Positions 45,801 through 54,589 of a stretch of DNA of 64,000 nucleotides are shown one piece after another. The notes beneath the pieces were generated by a model. The model was given only the letters and a program-made list of their open reading frames with translations, was not told where the DNA came from and did no database searches. Source of the DNA: Candidatus Saccharimonadota bacterium (GTDB lineage Bacteria; Patescibacteriota; Saccharimonadia; Saccharimonadales; Saccharimonadaceae); NCBI GenBank assembly GCA_009777625.1, contig WRLL01000002.1:563-64562 (forward strand). The letters are read 5' to 3'. Numbering within the stretch: the stretch's first letter is position 1; every line of letters starts with the position of its first letter. The position numbers and the translations under genes are program-made.

Positions 45801-45872
45801 TTGTCATTCCGGACTTGATCCGGAATCCAATCGATTATTCATTAGATCCTGAAACAAGTTCAGGATGACAAG
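45801..45872. repeat. double-hairpin palindromic element, copy D (inverted relative to copy C)
   Basis: TTGTCATTCCGGActtgaTCCGGAATCCAATCGATTATTCATTAGATCCTGAAacaagTTCAGGATGACAAG. Confidence 0.8.
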
Positions 45873-45896
45873 TGGTGTGGTAAAATGTTCCCATAC

Positions 45897-45988
45897 GGAG
45901 AGGTGTCCGAGTGGTTGAAGGAGCACGCTTGGAAAGCGTGTAAGCGGGGTGACTCGTTTCGAGGGTTCGAATCCCTTCCTCTCCGCCA
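45897..45988 (+). tRNA. tRNA-Ser (anticodon GGA), CCA encoded
   Basis: Manual cloverleaf. Acceptor GGAGAGG/CCTCTCC; anticodon arm CACGC-TTGGAAA-GCGTG; long variable arm; T-loop TTCGAAT. Confidence 0.9.
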
Positions 45989-46052
45989 GGAAGAAAAGAA
46001 AAATGTCGGCCCGCGAGGTTGACATTTTTGTTTCTTGCAAAGTCATTGGCCA

Positions 46053-46061
46053 TGTTACAAT
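46053..46061 (+). promoter_or_regulatory. extended -10 promoter, leaderless (carboxypeptidase gene)
   Basis: TGtTACAAT at 46053-46061, followed by 7 nt and ATG 46069. No SD. Confidence 0.5.
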
Positions 46062-46068
46062 ATTCATA

Positions 46069-47247
46069 ATGAAAAAATGGTGGATTATCCTTGCAATGTT
46101 ACTGGTGCCATTGGCCAGCGGCTATTACGCTTGGCAGGCTATGGCGCGACAGCACCACTTTGATGCACCTACTATCAAAGTAGCAGCAGGTAAGACCGGG
46201 CCGTTGACTTTGGCGTGGCCCGTGCAAGGCAGGGCGGCGGTTGGTTTGGCTGACGAAGGAAAGTGTCGCGTTAATGGCGACAACGGAGCTTTTGCGACGG
46301 CCAGCATTGCAAAGGTCATCACCGCGCTGGTCGTGCTTGACAAGCATCCGCTGCAGCCCGGTGAAAATGGCCCTACCATTACAATGACAGATGACGATGT
46401 AGCGAGGCTAATCGCAACCCAAGCTATGGGCGGCAGCTATGCGCCAATCGCCGCTGGCCAAACATTGACCGAGCGCCAAATGATTGAGGCTGTCATGCTG
46501 GCCAGTTCCAACAATCTGGCCGACAGTTTGGCGATTTGGGCGTTTGGCTCGCTGGAAGACTACCAGGCGACTGCCCAGCAATGGGTACTAAAGAATAATT
46601 TGCTCGATACGACGATTGGCGATGATGCTAGCGGCCTTGATCCCAGCACGCGAGCTTCTTCTTTGGATCTATGCCAGTTGATGATGGTTGCCCTGAAGAA
46701 TCCAGTTTTGACGGAAATTATGGGTGCCAGCGAAGTTGCTTTTCCGATTGCTGGCAGTCTACAAAACACTAACCGATTACTGGGGCAGCAGGGCGTTTTC
46801 GCTGGCAAGACTGGTTACACATCAGAGGCCGGTGCCGGCGTGATTTTCGCAACACACATTGAAATTGACGGCCAAAGGCAAACTGTAGTGCTGGCGACTT
46901 TAGGCCAGGAGAATTATGATGTGGCTTTTGCGGCGGCCGAAGAACTGCTGAACAGCCTTGAAAAAAATCTGGTGGCGCATAATTTGGCCCGATCCGGTCA
47001 GGCGGTTGGTGGACTAACCAGTCCGTGGGGCGGCAAGACTGATCTGCTCGCCGCCGATGATTTGACAGTTACTACGTGGATTGATCAAATGCCGGATTTC
47101 AAGACGAAAACTTACAAGAACCTAAGCTCGCTGCAGGCTGGGCAAAGGGCTGGCACAATCAGCGTCGATGGAAAATCTGTCGAGATCGTGGCCGCTAATG
47201 ACGTGCCGGGCCCGAGTTTCTTCTGGCGATTGTTGCATGGTTTCTAA
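46069..47247 (+). CDS. D-alanyl-D-alanine carboxypeptidase (PBP5/6-type, peptidase S11)
   Basis: Signal/anchor MKKWWIILAMLLVPLASG. SxxK (SIAK), SxN (SSN) and KTG (KTGYT) motifs. The ORF-track extension to 45949 overlaps the tRNA. Confidence 0.85.
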   Translation: MKKWWIILAMLLVPLASGYYAWQAMARQHHFDAPTIKVAAGKTGPLTLAWPVQGRAAVGLADEGKCRVNGDNGAFATASIAKVITALVVLDKHPLQPGENGPTITMTDDDVARLIATQAMGGSYAPIAAGQTLTERQMIEAVMLASSNNLADSLAIWAFGSLEDYQATAQQWVLKNNLLDTTIGDDASGLDPSTRASSLDLCQLMMVALKNPVLTEIMGASEVAFPIAGSLQNTNRLLGQQGVFAGKTGYTSEAGAGVIFATHIEIDGQRQTVVLATLGQENYDVAFAAAEELLNSLEKNLVAHNLARSGQAVGGLTSPWGGKTDLLAADDLTVTTWIDQMPDFKTKTYKNLSSLQAGQRAGTISVDGKSVEIVAANDVPGPSFFWRLLHGF

Positions 47248-47281
47248 TGCTTTTCCAACAACCTGTCCTTGTTGAAAACGA

Positions 47282-47310
47282 TTGACCACCTTGGCATCCT
47301 TTGTTAAAAT
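47282..47310 (+). promoter_or_regulatory. promoter TTGACC-N17-(TGt)TAAAAT
   Basis: TTGACC at 47282-47287 and TAAAAT at 47305-47310. A leadered transcript follows, with AAGGAGGG SD before GTG 47343. Confidence 0.55.
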
Positions 47311-47342
47311 ATAAACGTAAATGTAATCTAAGGAGGGTTGCA

Positions 47343-48419
47343 GTGAGGAAGAAAATATTAACTTTTGTTATGGCGCTGGCGATGGTGTTCGCTGTCGCAG
47401 CACCGGTCGGGGCGGCTCAGTCAGCCAGCACTGTCCAGTGGAAGGGCCAAAGCGATAAAGACGTCGCCGTTAACGTCGGCGTTGCACAAAACGACACACG
47501 CAAAAACGCTTCGGGCGCAAAAATCACATCGAACGCCCATAGTGCAGACTTCCCAGGGATTTACTTTATCTGGGATTCCAAACAAAAGGACAACGGCTAT
47601 CTAAAGGTTGACGCGGCAGTTTTCGACAAATACGAGAGCTTCGTATTGACTTCAAAAGAAGCGAACACATATTGGGACTTCGCCATTTCGGTGCAGGATG
47701 GTCAACAGATGACGGCTGACGGCGCCTACGTGTTCTTTATCCCACGGGCCCAAAACAACAAGAACATCAACATGGTGTTCATCGGTGAATATAAAGAAAA
47801 AGTTGTCGAGTCAGTTCCTGTGAACCTGGGTTTCATTGGTTGCTATGAGTTCGAAGGAAAAGCACTGACCACGTCTTTCTACTGGCAGAACCTTGCTAAG
47901 CCAGGCGACAAAATTGACTGGGCAGCAGTTGACGCAGCATACCAAAAATGGGTCGACGATGGTGGCTTGGCGCCCAGCCGCGTAACCTGGCAGACCAGTG
48001 GTGGATCTTCTTTCACTTTTGACGACTATGCAAATATTGGTTACGGTGACTTTACCGCGGGCCAGATAGAGTCCTACTATGGTGCGTACTATGTTGATCC
48101 GGGATGTGGTGTGGTTGCTTCGTATGACCGCTACCAAGCCTACGTTGAGATCTGGAACGACCTGTGGACAGACAAGGTTTCAGGCGTGACAGCTGAGCAG
48201 AAGGCGCTGCTGTCGGCTTCTGGTGGTCTTGATCACTATTATGCTCTTTTGGCTCATTACGGCGCAACGTCCTTGCCGAACTACTATCACTTTGATGCTT
48301 CTATGAAAGCAGTCTATGATCAGTGGGCTGATGCGCTAGAGCCGGGCTTGAAGTCCGTCTGTGGCGAATTAGGTATTGACTTGGACGCATACGTGAGGAA
48401 TCACGAGTCAAACAAATAA
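47343..48419 (+). CDS. secreted hypothetical protein
   Basis: Signal peptide KKILTFVMALAMVFAVAAPVGAAQSA. No domain recognised. Confidence 0.6.
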   Translation: MRKKILTFVMALAMVFAVAAPVGAAQSASTVQWKGQSDKDVAVNVGVAQNDTRKNASGAKITSNAHSADFPGIYFIWDSKQKDNGYLKVDAAVFDKYESFVLTSKEANTYWDFAISVQDGQQMTADGAYVFFIPRAQNNKNINMVFIGEYKEKVVESVPVNLGFIGCYEFEGKALTTSFYWQNLAKPGDKIDWAAVDAAYQKWVDDGGLAPSRVTWQTSGGSSFTFDDYANIGYGDFTAGQIESYYGAYYVDPGCGVVASYDRYQAYVEIWNDLWTDKVSGVTAEQKALLSASGGLDHYYALLAHYGATSLPNYYHFDASMKAVYDQWADALEPGLKSVCGELGIDLDAYVRNHESNK

Positions 48420-48430
48420 CATGTAATCCC

Positions 48431-48462
48431 AAAAGAGGTCGCCTGAATCGGTGACCTCTTTT
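48431..48462. terminator. bidirectional rho-independent terminator
   Basis: AAAAGAGGTCGCC-tgaatc-GGTGACCTCTTTT, between convergent genes. Confidence 0.8.
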
Positions 48463-48490
48463 ATTTTAAATCGATAATTTTGCCCCACTA

Positions 48491-49261
48491 CTATTTTTTG
48501 CCAATATAAAAGGCGTATCCATAATACTGGTTGTATTTCGTATACAGCTCTACTTCGCGTTTTTCGTCCTTCATATATGCCTCGACAGTTTTGCTCCCAG
48601 GATATTTTTCCGGAAGCGTTTTCTCTGCTTTTTCTCGTGGGACAAAATAATTGTTCGTCCAACATTCCTTTGGCAATTTGAATGTAGCGATAGGAGTAAA
48701 ACCAGCTTTTCGCATTATCGAGATATTTTTCTCAATCGTATTTAGTTCGCAGTCCGCATCAGTCCAAAACTTTTCAATTTCTTTAGGATGCTCATCAGTA
48801 AACCATGATGCACAGCTAACGACGATATAGCCATTCTTTTTTAGGAAACCATGCCAATATTTCAACCCTTTTTCCGAGCCGAAATTATCTATCACTCCCT
48901 CCGACCAGATTAGATCAAATTCTTCTTTCTTAAACGGAAGTTCATATATCGAGCCAACTAAACCTTGTACTCTTTTCTCCAAACCTAATTTCTTTGCGTT
49001 CTCATTGAAGATATCTATGAATTCAGGAATTTGGTCGATACCAAAAATATTTCCGGCAATATTTTGGGCAAGGACCATGGTCTGTCCGCCAGTTCCGCAG
49101 CCCAAATCTAATACTCGGGAGTTTTTATTCAAGCCATTTACAAGGCTCAATGCCTTGATGGTCGTCTCGGGGCTTCCAGGCCCCTGACGCTCGAGCCCCA
49201 CGTGGGTTTCGATAATTAGATCGAGAACTGTTGGTTCATTCATCTTTCGTATCATTTTCAA
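48491..49261 (-). CDS. class I SAM-dependent methyltransferase
   Basis: Motif I VLDLGCGTGGQT and a Rossmann-fold MTase layout. Confidence 0.85.
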   Translation of the reverse strand: MKMIRKMNEPTVLDLIIETHVGLERQGPGSPETTIKALSLVNGLNKNSRVLDLGCGTGGQTMVLAQNIAGNIFGIDQIPEFIDIFNENAKKLGLEKRVQGLVGSIYELPFKKEEFDLIWSEGVIDNFGSEKGLKYWHGFLKKNGYIVVSCASWFTDEHPKEIEKFWTDADCELNTIEKNISIMRKAGFTPIATFKLPKECWTNNYFVPREKAEKTLPEKYPGSKTVEAYMKDEKREVELYTKYNQYYGYAFYIGKK

Positions 49262-49381
49262 TTTATACCTAGCGGAAGAGAGAGGATGGTTCGTCCCGAA
49301 CGCTACGCCCGAACCTTGGGCTCGAATCCTAGTTTCTTTTCAAGAAACAAATTCTTGACATGAATGTCAAAAATTTCTTCC

Positions 49382-49473
49382 TGGCGGAAGAGAGAGGATT
49401 CGAACCTCCGAGACGGCTCACACCGCCTACGCGATTTCGAGTCGCGCGCCTTCAACCACTCGGCCACTCTTCC
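49382..49473 (-). tRNA. tRNA-Ser (anticodon CGA), CCA encoded
   Basis: Manual cloverleaf. Acceptor GGAAGAG; anticodon arm CGCGA-CTCGAAA-TCGCG; long variable arm; T-loop TTCGAAT. Confidence 0.9.
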
Positions 49474-49496
49474 TTAGAAATATTTTAACACATTAT

Positions 49497-50189
49497 TTAA
49501 ATCTTGAGACGGCGGATCAGACTGTCCAGGATGTCGTTCTTGACGTCTTCCATTGGCAGACGGGCGCCGAGTTCGTCGATAATTTTTTCGCCTTGCTCTT
49601 CGTTAATGAACATTGATACATTAATTCCAAAACGTCTGATCGGCGTTAGTACCAGTTGCCACATCGCACCGACCTGGCGCACACCAAAGGCACGAAATTC
49701 ACTAAATGGATGCAGCTGGCCATTAATCGTTAGGCCAGCATCTGTTAACAGGTAGTTTACCTCGCGGGCTGGCTGGCGTGTGACAACGATCAGGGCAACC
49801 ATCATCACGATTACTAGTATCTCTGTTGTGATGCTAGTTGACAACGAAAAGATTTCGAAGAAAGTTAGTGTTGCTAGCAACGCCGTAATTGCTACAACGA
49901 TTGAAATGATGCCGATATACCAGCCTTTGCTGCGGTGGTGTTCGATGCTATCGCTGGCGGTCCAGCTAATTTCGACAGGTGCGATCTCGGGCTCGTTGAT
50001 TTCTTCATCTGTCGATTCCTGTTCTGGACTTTGTTCGTTTTGCGTTTCGTCCGGGGTTTCTGGCTGAGTCTCAACTTGTTCGTTAGTATCAGATACTTCT
50101 GCAGTTGGTTGATCAGCTGACTGATCAGTGGCCGCCGGTTGATTTTCGTCTGGCTGCCATTGGAAATCCTTGCCACCATCATTATCCAT
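49497..50189 (-). CDS. hypothetical membrane protein (acidic N-terminus, two TM helices, C-terminal soluble domain)
   Basis: 230-aa ORF. Leaderless-type promoter TGaTATAAT (minus strand, 50204-50196) lies 6 nt upstream of ATG 50189. Confidence 0.6.
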   Translation of the reverse strand: MDNDGGKDFQWQPDENQPAATDQSADQPTAEVSDTNEQVETQPETPDETQNEQSPEQESTDEEINEPEIAPVEISWTASDSIEHHRSKGWYIGIISIVVAITALLATLTFFEIFSLSTSITTEILVIVMMVALIVVTRQPAREVNYLLTDAGLTINGQLHPFSEFRAFGVRQVGAMWQLVLTPIRRFGINVSMFINEEQGEKIIDELGARLPMEDVKNDILDSLIRRLKI

Positions 50190-50283
50190 AAGCTCATTAT
50201 ATCACAATCGTTTTTTCGAAAAAAGCCCAAATTGTTAAAACTGCACAAATCTTTGACGATTCGTTTTCAGTAAAATAGAAAAC

Positions 50284-50315
50284 GACCGGACTAGTGAGTG
50301 CCCGGTCGCTTTTTC
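50284..50315. terminator. hairpin terminator downstream of tRNA-Ser(UGA)
   Basis: GACCGGactagtgagtgCCCGGTC flanked by A and T runs. Confidence 0.55.
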
Positions 50316-50405
50316 TGGCGGAAGGTGAGGGATTCGAACCCTCGGTACGGTTACCCGCACACCGGTTTTCAAGACCGGCACCTTAAGCCGCTCGGTCAAC
50401 CTTCC
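50316..50405 (-). tRNA. tRNA-Ser (anticodon TGA), CCA encoded
   Basis: Manual cloverleaf. Acceptor GGAAGGT; anticodon arm CCGGT-CTTGAAA-ACCGG; long variable arm. Confidence 0.9.
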
Positions 50406-50447
50406 ATGTTTCATTATATCAGACAATATGATAAAATTCTTGAGTAC

Positions 50448-50540
50448 GGAGGAGTACCCAAGTGGCTGAAGGGGACGGTTTGCTAAATCGTTAGGTCGGC
50501 GAAAGTTGGCGCGGGAGTTCGAATCTCCCCTCCTCCGCCA
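50448..50540 (+). tRNA. tRNA-Ser (anticodon GCT), CCA encoded
   Basis: Manual cloverleaf. Acceptor GGAGGAG/CTCCTCC; anticodon arm ACGGT-TTGCTAA-ATCGT; long variable arm. Confidence 0.9.
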
Positions 50541-50566
50541 GGCAATTATTAACAGGGGGGGGTGCT

Positions 50567-51028
50567 ATGCCAAGAGTTACAGACATAATGGTGCTAGAGA
50601 GGGGCGAGCAGCCAACTCTGACGATCCGGACCCGGACGCCGGTCCAGAATATGCCGACGGTGATTGGTGAGATTTATGGCAAAATAACTTCTTATCTGAA
50701 AGAAGCGGGGAAGTTGATGTCGGACGTGCCTTTTGTGGCCTACTACAACATGGACATGCAGGATCTGGACGTTGAAATTGGTTTCCCAGTGGCCGAAGCT
50801 TTACCTGGCAACGATGAAGTCAAAGCCAGCTCGATCCCGGCCGGGAAATATGTCGCCGCCATGCATCGCGGTCCTTACACGGAAATGGAGCCGACTTACA
50901 AAGAAATGATGGAGTGGATGAAGAATAACCAGCTCGAAGCGACAGGGACGGCCTACGAAGTTTATTATAACGGACCGGAATTTCCGCCGGAAGAAGCCTT
51001 GACGATGGTGTTGATGCCGGTTAAATAA
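50567..51028 (+). CDS. GyrI-like small-molecule-binding domain protein
   Basis: 153 aa with an internally duplicated beta-alpha-beta-beta layout typical of GyrI/AraC effector-binding domains (recognised by eye). Confidence 0.7.
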   Translation: MPRVTDIMVLERGEQPTLTIRTRTPVQNMPTVIGEIYGKITSYLKEAGKLMSDVPFVAYYNMDMQDLDVEIGFPVAEALPGNDEVKASSIPAGKYVAAMHRGPYTEMEPTYKEMMEWMKNNQLEATGTAYEVYYNGPEFPPEEALTMVLMPVK

Positions 51029-51052
51029 TTATCTAAGTAAGAAAGGGAATTT

Positions 51053-51484
51053 ATGAAACTTGAACTATTTCTAAACTTTGATGGCAACTGCCGTGAAGCC
51101 GTCGAATTCTACGCAAAAGTTTTTAAATCGAGCGTTAACAATCTGATGACTTACGCCGAAGCGCCGCCTGATCCGAACTATCCTTTGAAGGAGGAAGACA
51201 AGGATCGCATCATGTACGCCGGGGTGCCGGTCGGCGACATGACCGTGATGTTCATGGACATGCCGTCGGGCACGCCGGTAGTCAGCGGTAACAATATCAG
51301 CCCGACGGTCAGCACGGCCGACAAAGCAGAAATCCAGCGTTTGTTCGACGAGCTAAAAGAGGGTGGCGAAGTACATATGGAACCGCAAAAAGCTTTCTTT
51401 AGCGAACTATATGCCATGGTCAAGGACAAATATGGTGTCATCTGGCAGATTCTACATTATGTGCCAAGGAAAGACGGCCAGTAG
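51053..51484 (+). CDS. VOC/glyoxalase-superfamily protein (PhnB-like)
   Basis: MKLELFLNFDGNCREAVEFYAKVF N-terminus typical of PhnB-like VOC proteins. Confidence 0.75.
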   Translation: MKLELFLNFDGNCREAVEFYAKVFKSSVNNLMTYAEAPPDPNYPLKEEDKDRIMYAGVPVGDMTVMFMDMPSGTPVVSGNNISPTVSTADKAEIQRLFDELKEGGEVHMEPQKAFFSELYAMVKDKYGVIWQILHYVPRKDGQ

Positions 51485-52180
51485 TTACTTCTTCGGCTGA
51501 ACTGCCACAACGGCACCAATAATATTTCTCGCACCAGAATCTTTCAGAAGTCTAGCCGCAGCTGTCATTGTTGCACCAGTTGTCCAGATATCGTCCAGTA
51601 GCAGAATAGCATTTGGAATTTTAGCGCGTGGATTTATGGCGAAAACTTGTTCGGCCGCCGCAATTCGCGCTTTGCTGCCCAACTTGTGTTGTACGGTATT
51701 TGTCTGCCGCAACAATAATCGAGGCATGCATTTTAAGCCGCGCTGCTTGCTCAATTCTTTAGCCACCAATTTCATATGGTCGAAACCACGCTGACGAACA
51801 TGCGATGAAATTGTTGGAATCGGCACAATTACAGTATCAATCGGCAGAGTAGGCAAGCGTTTGTCCAATAACCGCGCGACTATTTTTGCTGCTGCTCGCT
51901 CACTGTTGTATTTATAGTCGCCAACCAGACGACGCAAGTTTTTTTGCCGCCAACCGACTGCCCAAACTTGCTTGAAGCTGCTGCTCCGGCAACAGCCAGA
52001 ACACATATTTGCCCCTTTTGTCATTTGGCCACATTTTACGCACCAGATGAAGCCATTGTCCAAAATGTCAATTATACAACGATCACACAGTAGCGCACCA
52101 CTGGCATTGCAACCCTTGCAAATATGGGGTGAAACTACACCCAAAAACTTATCAGTCCACCCATTCATTGTAATTTCCAC
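51485..52180 (-). CDS. comF: ComF-family phosphoribosyltransferase-domain protein (competence protein ComFC-like)
   Basis: N-terminal Cys4 zinc finger (CKGC...CDRC, CVKC...CSGC) and PRTase motif LLLDDIWTTGATM. The start is GTG 52180 or ATG 52168. Confidence 0.8.
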   Translation of the reverse strand: MEITMNGWTDKFLGVVSPHICKGCNASGALLCDRCIIDILDNGFIWCVKCGQMTKGANMCSGCCRSSSFKQVWAVGWRQKNLRRLVGDYKYNSERAAAKIVARLLDKRLPTLPIDTVIVPIPTISSHVRQRGFDHMKLVAKELSKQRGLKCMPRLLLRQTNTVQHKLGSKARIAAAEQVFAINPRAKIPNAILLLDDIWTTGATMTAAARLLKDSGARNIIGAVVAVQPKK

Positions 52181-52269
52181 ATCAAACTTATGCCAAAACT
52201 TGCATAAATAGTAACTTTACGCTACAATTATCGCATAAACACCCGAATTAAGCGAGATGGAGGGAAAAA

Positions 52270-52755
52270 ATGGCGAGGCAAAATGACGACGATTTGTTGC
52301 TGGATGACGAGCTGGCAGCAGCCTTTTTAACTGAAGAAGAACCGATTGAGGCAGCTGAGACAGTAGTACAGCAGACAACAACGACAACAACCACGACTAC
52401 TTCGAGTAACGAAGATGACTATGACTCGGTGCCGGGGCAACTGGCGGTCGATGTCTATGAAACACCAGATAGACTGGTCGTTAAGGCTCGCACGCCTGGT
52501 GTCAACAAGAATGATCTAGACGTGTCGATTTCTGATGGCGTACTGACGATCAGCGGAACATTGAGCAGTGGTGACGACACCGAAGCGACACAGTGGCACG
52601 TCCAAGAATGCTACTGGGGCGAGTTCAGCCGAACCTTGGTATTACCAGTTGCGGTCAAAGAAGACGAGGTTGATGCTGTTCTAAAGGACGGCGTATTGAC
52701 AGTTTCGTTCAATAAGGTCAAACAAGAGCAAGCCCGCAAGATTCAGATCCAATAG
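52270..52755 (+). CDS. Hsp20/alpha-crystallin small heat-shock protein
   Basis: Alpha-crystallin domain (AVDVYETPDRLVVKARTPGVNKNDLDVSISDGVLTISG) preceded by a poly-Thr linker. GGAGGG SD upstream. Confidence 0.9.
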   Translation: MARQNDDDLLLDDELAAAFLTEEEPIEAAETVVQQTTTTTTTTTSSNEDDYDSVPGQLAVDVYETPDRLVVKARTPGVNKNDLDVSISDGVLTISGTLSSGDDTEATQWHVQECYWGEFSRTLVLPVAVKEDEVDAVLKDGVLTVSFNKVKQEQARKIQIQ

Positions 52756-52776
52756 AGAAGAAGTAATCAAAGAGAA

Positions 52777-52806
52777 TACCCCGCTAGTGATAGCGAGGTA
52801 TTTTTC
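52777..52806 (+). terminator. rho-independent terminator of the Hsp20 gene
   Basis: TACCCCGCTA-gtga-TAGCGAGGTA followed by TTTTT. Confidence 0.7.
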
Positions 52807-52819
52807 TATTAAGAGTTTC

Positions 52820-53230
52820 CTAAACCGAAGTACCGCCGCCGGCGCCTGTACCAACAACACTGACAACCCAGCTCACGATCGCATAGCCCAGGATTGCGAC
52901 AACCAAACCGATTATAGCGTACAGGATGGTATTCTTTGCATCCTTGACCTTTTCTTGGTTACCGCCAGAGATAACATAGCGAATACCACCCCAAATCAGC
53001 ATGAAAATCGCCAGAATTCCAACGACGAACAGCATCAGATTAATGGCGCGCGGGATCAATGCTTGTGGCCCATCAAACAGCTCGGTCGGTTGGCCTTCGC
53101 CACGATAAGAACCGCTAAAAACATCCAATATCGACAAAGCAGAAGCCGGCAAGGTCGACATCAGCGTCACACCAACAAACAGCGTGGCAACTGAGATGAC
53201 CTTGCTTAACTTCTTAAATAATTGTCGCAT
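52820..53230 (-). CDS. VirB2/TrbC-like T4SS pilin paralog 7
   Basis: Signal peptide, then TM1, the WGGIRYVISGGNQEKVKDAKNTILYAIIGL loop and TM2. No Cys in the ectodomain. Confidence 0.75.
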   Translation of the reverse strand: MRQLFKKLSKVISVATLFVGVTLMSTLPASALSILDVFSGSYRGEGQPTELFDGPQALIPRAINLMLFVVGILAIFMLIWGGIRYVISGGNQEKVKDAKNTILYAIIGLVVAILGYAIVSWVVSVVGTGAGGGTSV

Positions 53231-53244
53231 AGAGCTACCTTTGA

Positions 53245-53661
53245 CTAACCGCCGAGTACTCCAAATACCCAGTTAACCAGTGCGTAGGCGATGATTGCTA
53301 TGATTAGGCCAACCACGGAGTACAGAATAGTATTCTTGGCGTTCTTGACCTCGTCTTCTTTACCGCGTGACAAGACATAGCGGATACCACCCCAGATGAT
53401 CATGATGACAGACAGGATACCAACGATAAACAGCATAATGTTGATAACGGTGGTCACAATGCCATTATTACCAAACAGCGAGCCGGTTTGCATGCCTTCG
53501 CCGACTGCACAGTCTTCGTTAATTGCGCCCGCCAAACCTTGCGTCTCGTCGCATGGATCACCCGGCGCCGCATGGACCGCTGGTGCGAACAATCCGAACC
53601 CCAGCACCAAAGCTGGCACTAAAAGCAATGTTGTGCTGATTTTCTTTATCATGCTTTTCAT
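53245..53661 (-). CDS. VirB2/TrbC-like T4SS pilin paralog 6
   Basis: Signal peptide ending VHAAP, a 2-Cys variable segment and the WGGIRYVLSRGKEDEVKNAKNTILYSVVGL core. Confidence 0.78.
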   Translation of the reverse strand: MKSMIKKISTTLLLVPALVLGFGLFAPAVHAAPGDPCDETQGLAGAINEDCAVGEGMQTGSLFGNNGIVTTVINIMLFIVGILSVIMIIWGGIRYVLSRGKEDEVKNAKNTILYSVVGLIIAIIAYALVNWVFGVLGG

Positions 53662-53736
53662 TTAGCCTCCCTCTATCAAATTACTAATTCTTTAACATTT
53701 TACTAAACTTGGAGTTTCATTGCAAATCGATTATGT

Positions 53737-54171
53737 TTAAGATCCCAGCAGACTAAACACCCATTGGACGATTGCGAAGGCCAGAATTGCCACGATCAGA
53801 CCAACGATCGCATAAATAATAGTGTTTTTTGCATTCTTAACTTTTTCAGGATCGCCGCGTGACAGGACGTAACTGATGCCGCCCCAGATGATCATGATGA
53901 CAGACAGGATACCGATGATGAAGAGCATAATATTGATGACCTGCTGGATAGTGCTGTTAAGGTCGCGGGCGCCGCTGGCTCGCACGCATTTTCCGCCGAC
54001 CCATTCTGATCCGGTCTCGGATTGGCAGGCGCTACAGGCTGCAATATTTGCAGCACCAGACAGTTTGTTACAATCAGCTGGGGCTGCGTACGCCGGTGCG
54101 GGCGCAAGGAATGTTGCGCCAACGCCCAATACTGCGACCATGGCAACAATTATATTTGTTAGTTTCCTCAT
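53737..54171 (-). CDS. VirB2/TrbC-like T4SS pilin paralog 5
   Basis: Signal peptide ending AYAAP, a 4-Cys variable segment and the WGGISYVLSRGDPEKVKNAKNTIIYAIVGL core. Confidence 0.78.
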   Translation of the reverse strand: MRKLTNIIVAMVAVLGVGATFLAPAPAYAAPADCNKLSGAANIAACSACQSETGSEWVGGKCVRASGARDLNSTIQQVINIMLFIIGILSVIMIIWGGISYVLSRGDPEKVKNAKNTIIYAIVGLIVAILAFAIVQWVFSLLGS

Positions 54172-54187
54172 AGGTGACTCCTTTCTT

Positions 54188-54586
54188 TTATAACCTACTT
54201 AAAACGAAATTGACAATTGCAAAGGCTGACACAGCGATAACCAGACCGACGATCGAATAGATCAGCATGTTACGGGCTTTTGTGACGGCATCTGGGCTGC
54301 CGCGGCCGGTTACGAAGCGAATACCGCTGATGGTGATCATGATGACGGCGATGATACCAGCTACAAAGATTAGGACATTGATGATATTTCTAAAAGTATT
54401 ATTTAAGGCTGTGTCGGCATTGGGGTCTTTCAGATCGGCGCAAACGGAGGAGTTCGGATTGGCCTTGCATAATTCCTGTATATTCTTTTCCGTAGAGGTA
54501 TCGGGTGCGGCAGATGCTGGCATTGCAAAGACCAAACTACCGGACAGGCCTGCGATCATGACTAAACTTAAGAAGATCTTCTTCAT
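54188..54586 (-). CDS. VirB2/TrbC-like T4SS pilin paralog 4
   Basis: Signal peptide ending ASAAP, a 2-Cys segment and the SGIRFVTGRGSPDAVTKARNMLIYSIVGL core. Confidence 0.75.
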   Translation of the reverse strand: MKKIFLSLVMIAGLSGSLVFAMPASAAPDTSTEKNIQELCKANPNSSVCADLKDPNADTALNNTFRNIINVLIFVAGIIAVIMITISGIRFVTGRGSPDAVTKARNMLIYSIVGLVIAVSAFAIVNFVLSRL

Positions 54587-54589
54587 CGG

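Noticed and set aside
7491-45872. Whether the recurring GTCATCCTGAA... repeats could be a CRISPR array.
   Set aside because: The copies are dispersed over 38 kb in separate intergenic spacers and in both orientations. They have internal hairpins and no regular repeat-spacer periodicity, and there are no cas genes. This is MITE/REP-like, not CRISPR.
45949-46068. N-terminal 40-aa extension of the carboxypeptidase ORF, and minus-strand ORFs at 45804-46067.
   Set aside because: They overlap tRNA-Ser(GGA) and palindromic-repeat copy D. The natural start is the MKKWW signal peptide at 46069, behind an extended -10 box.
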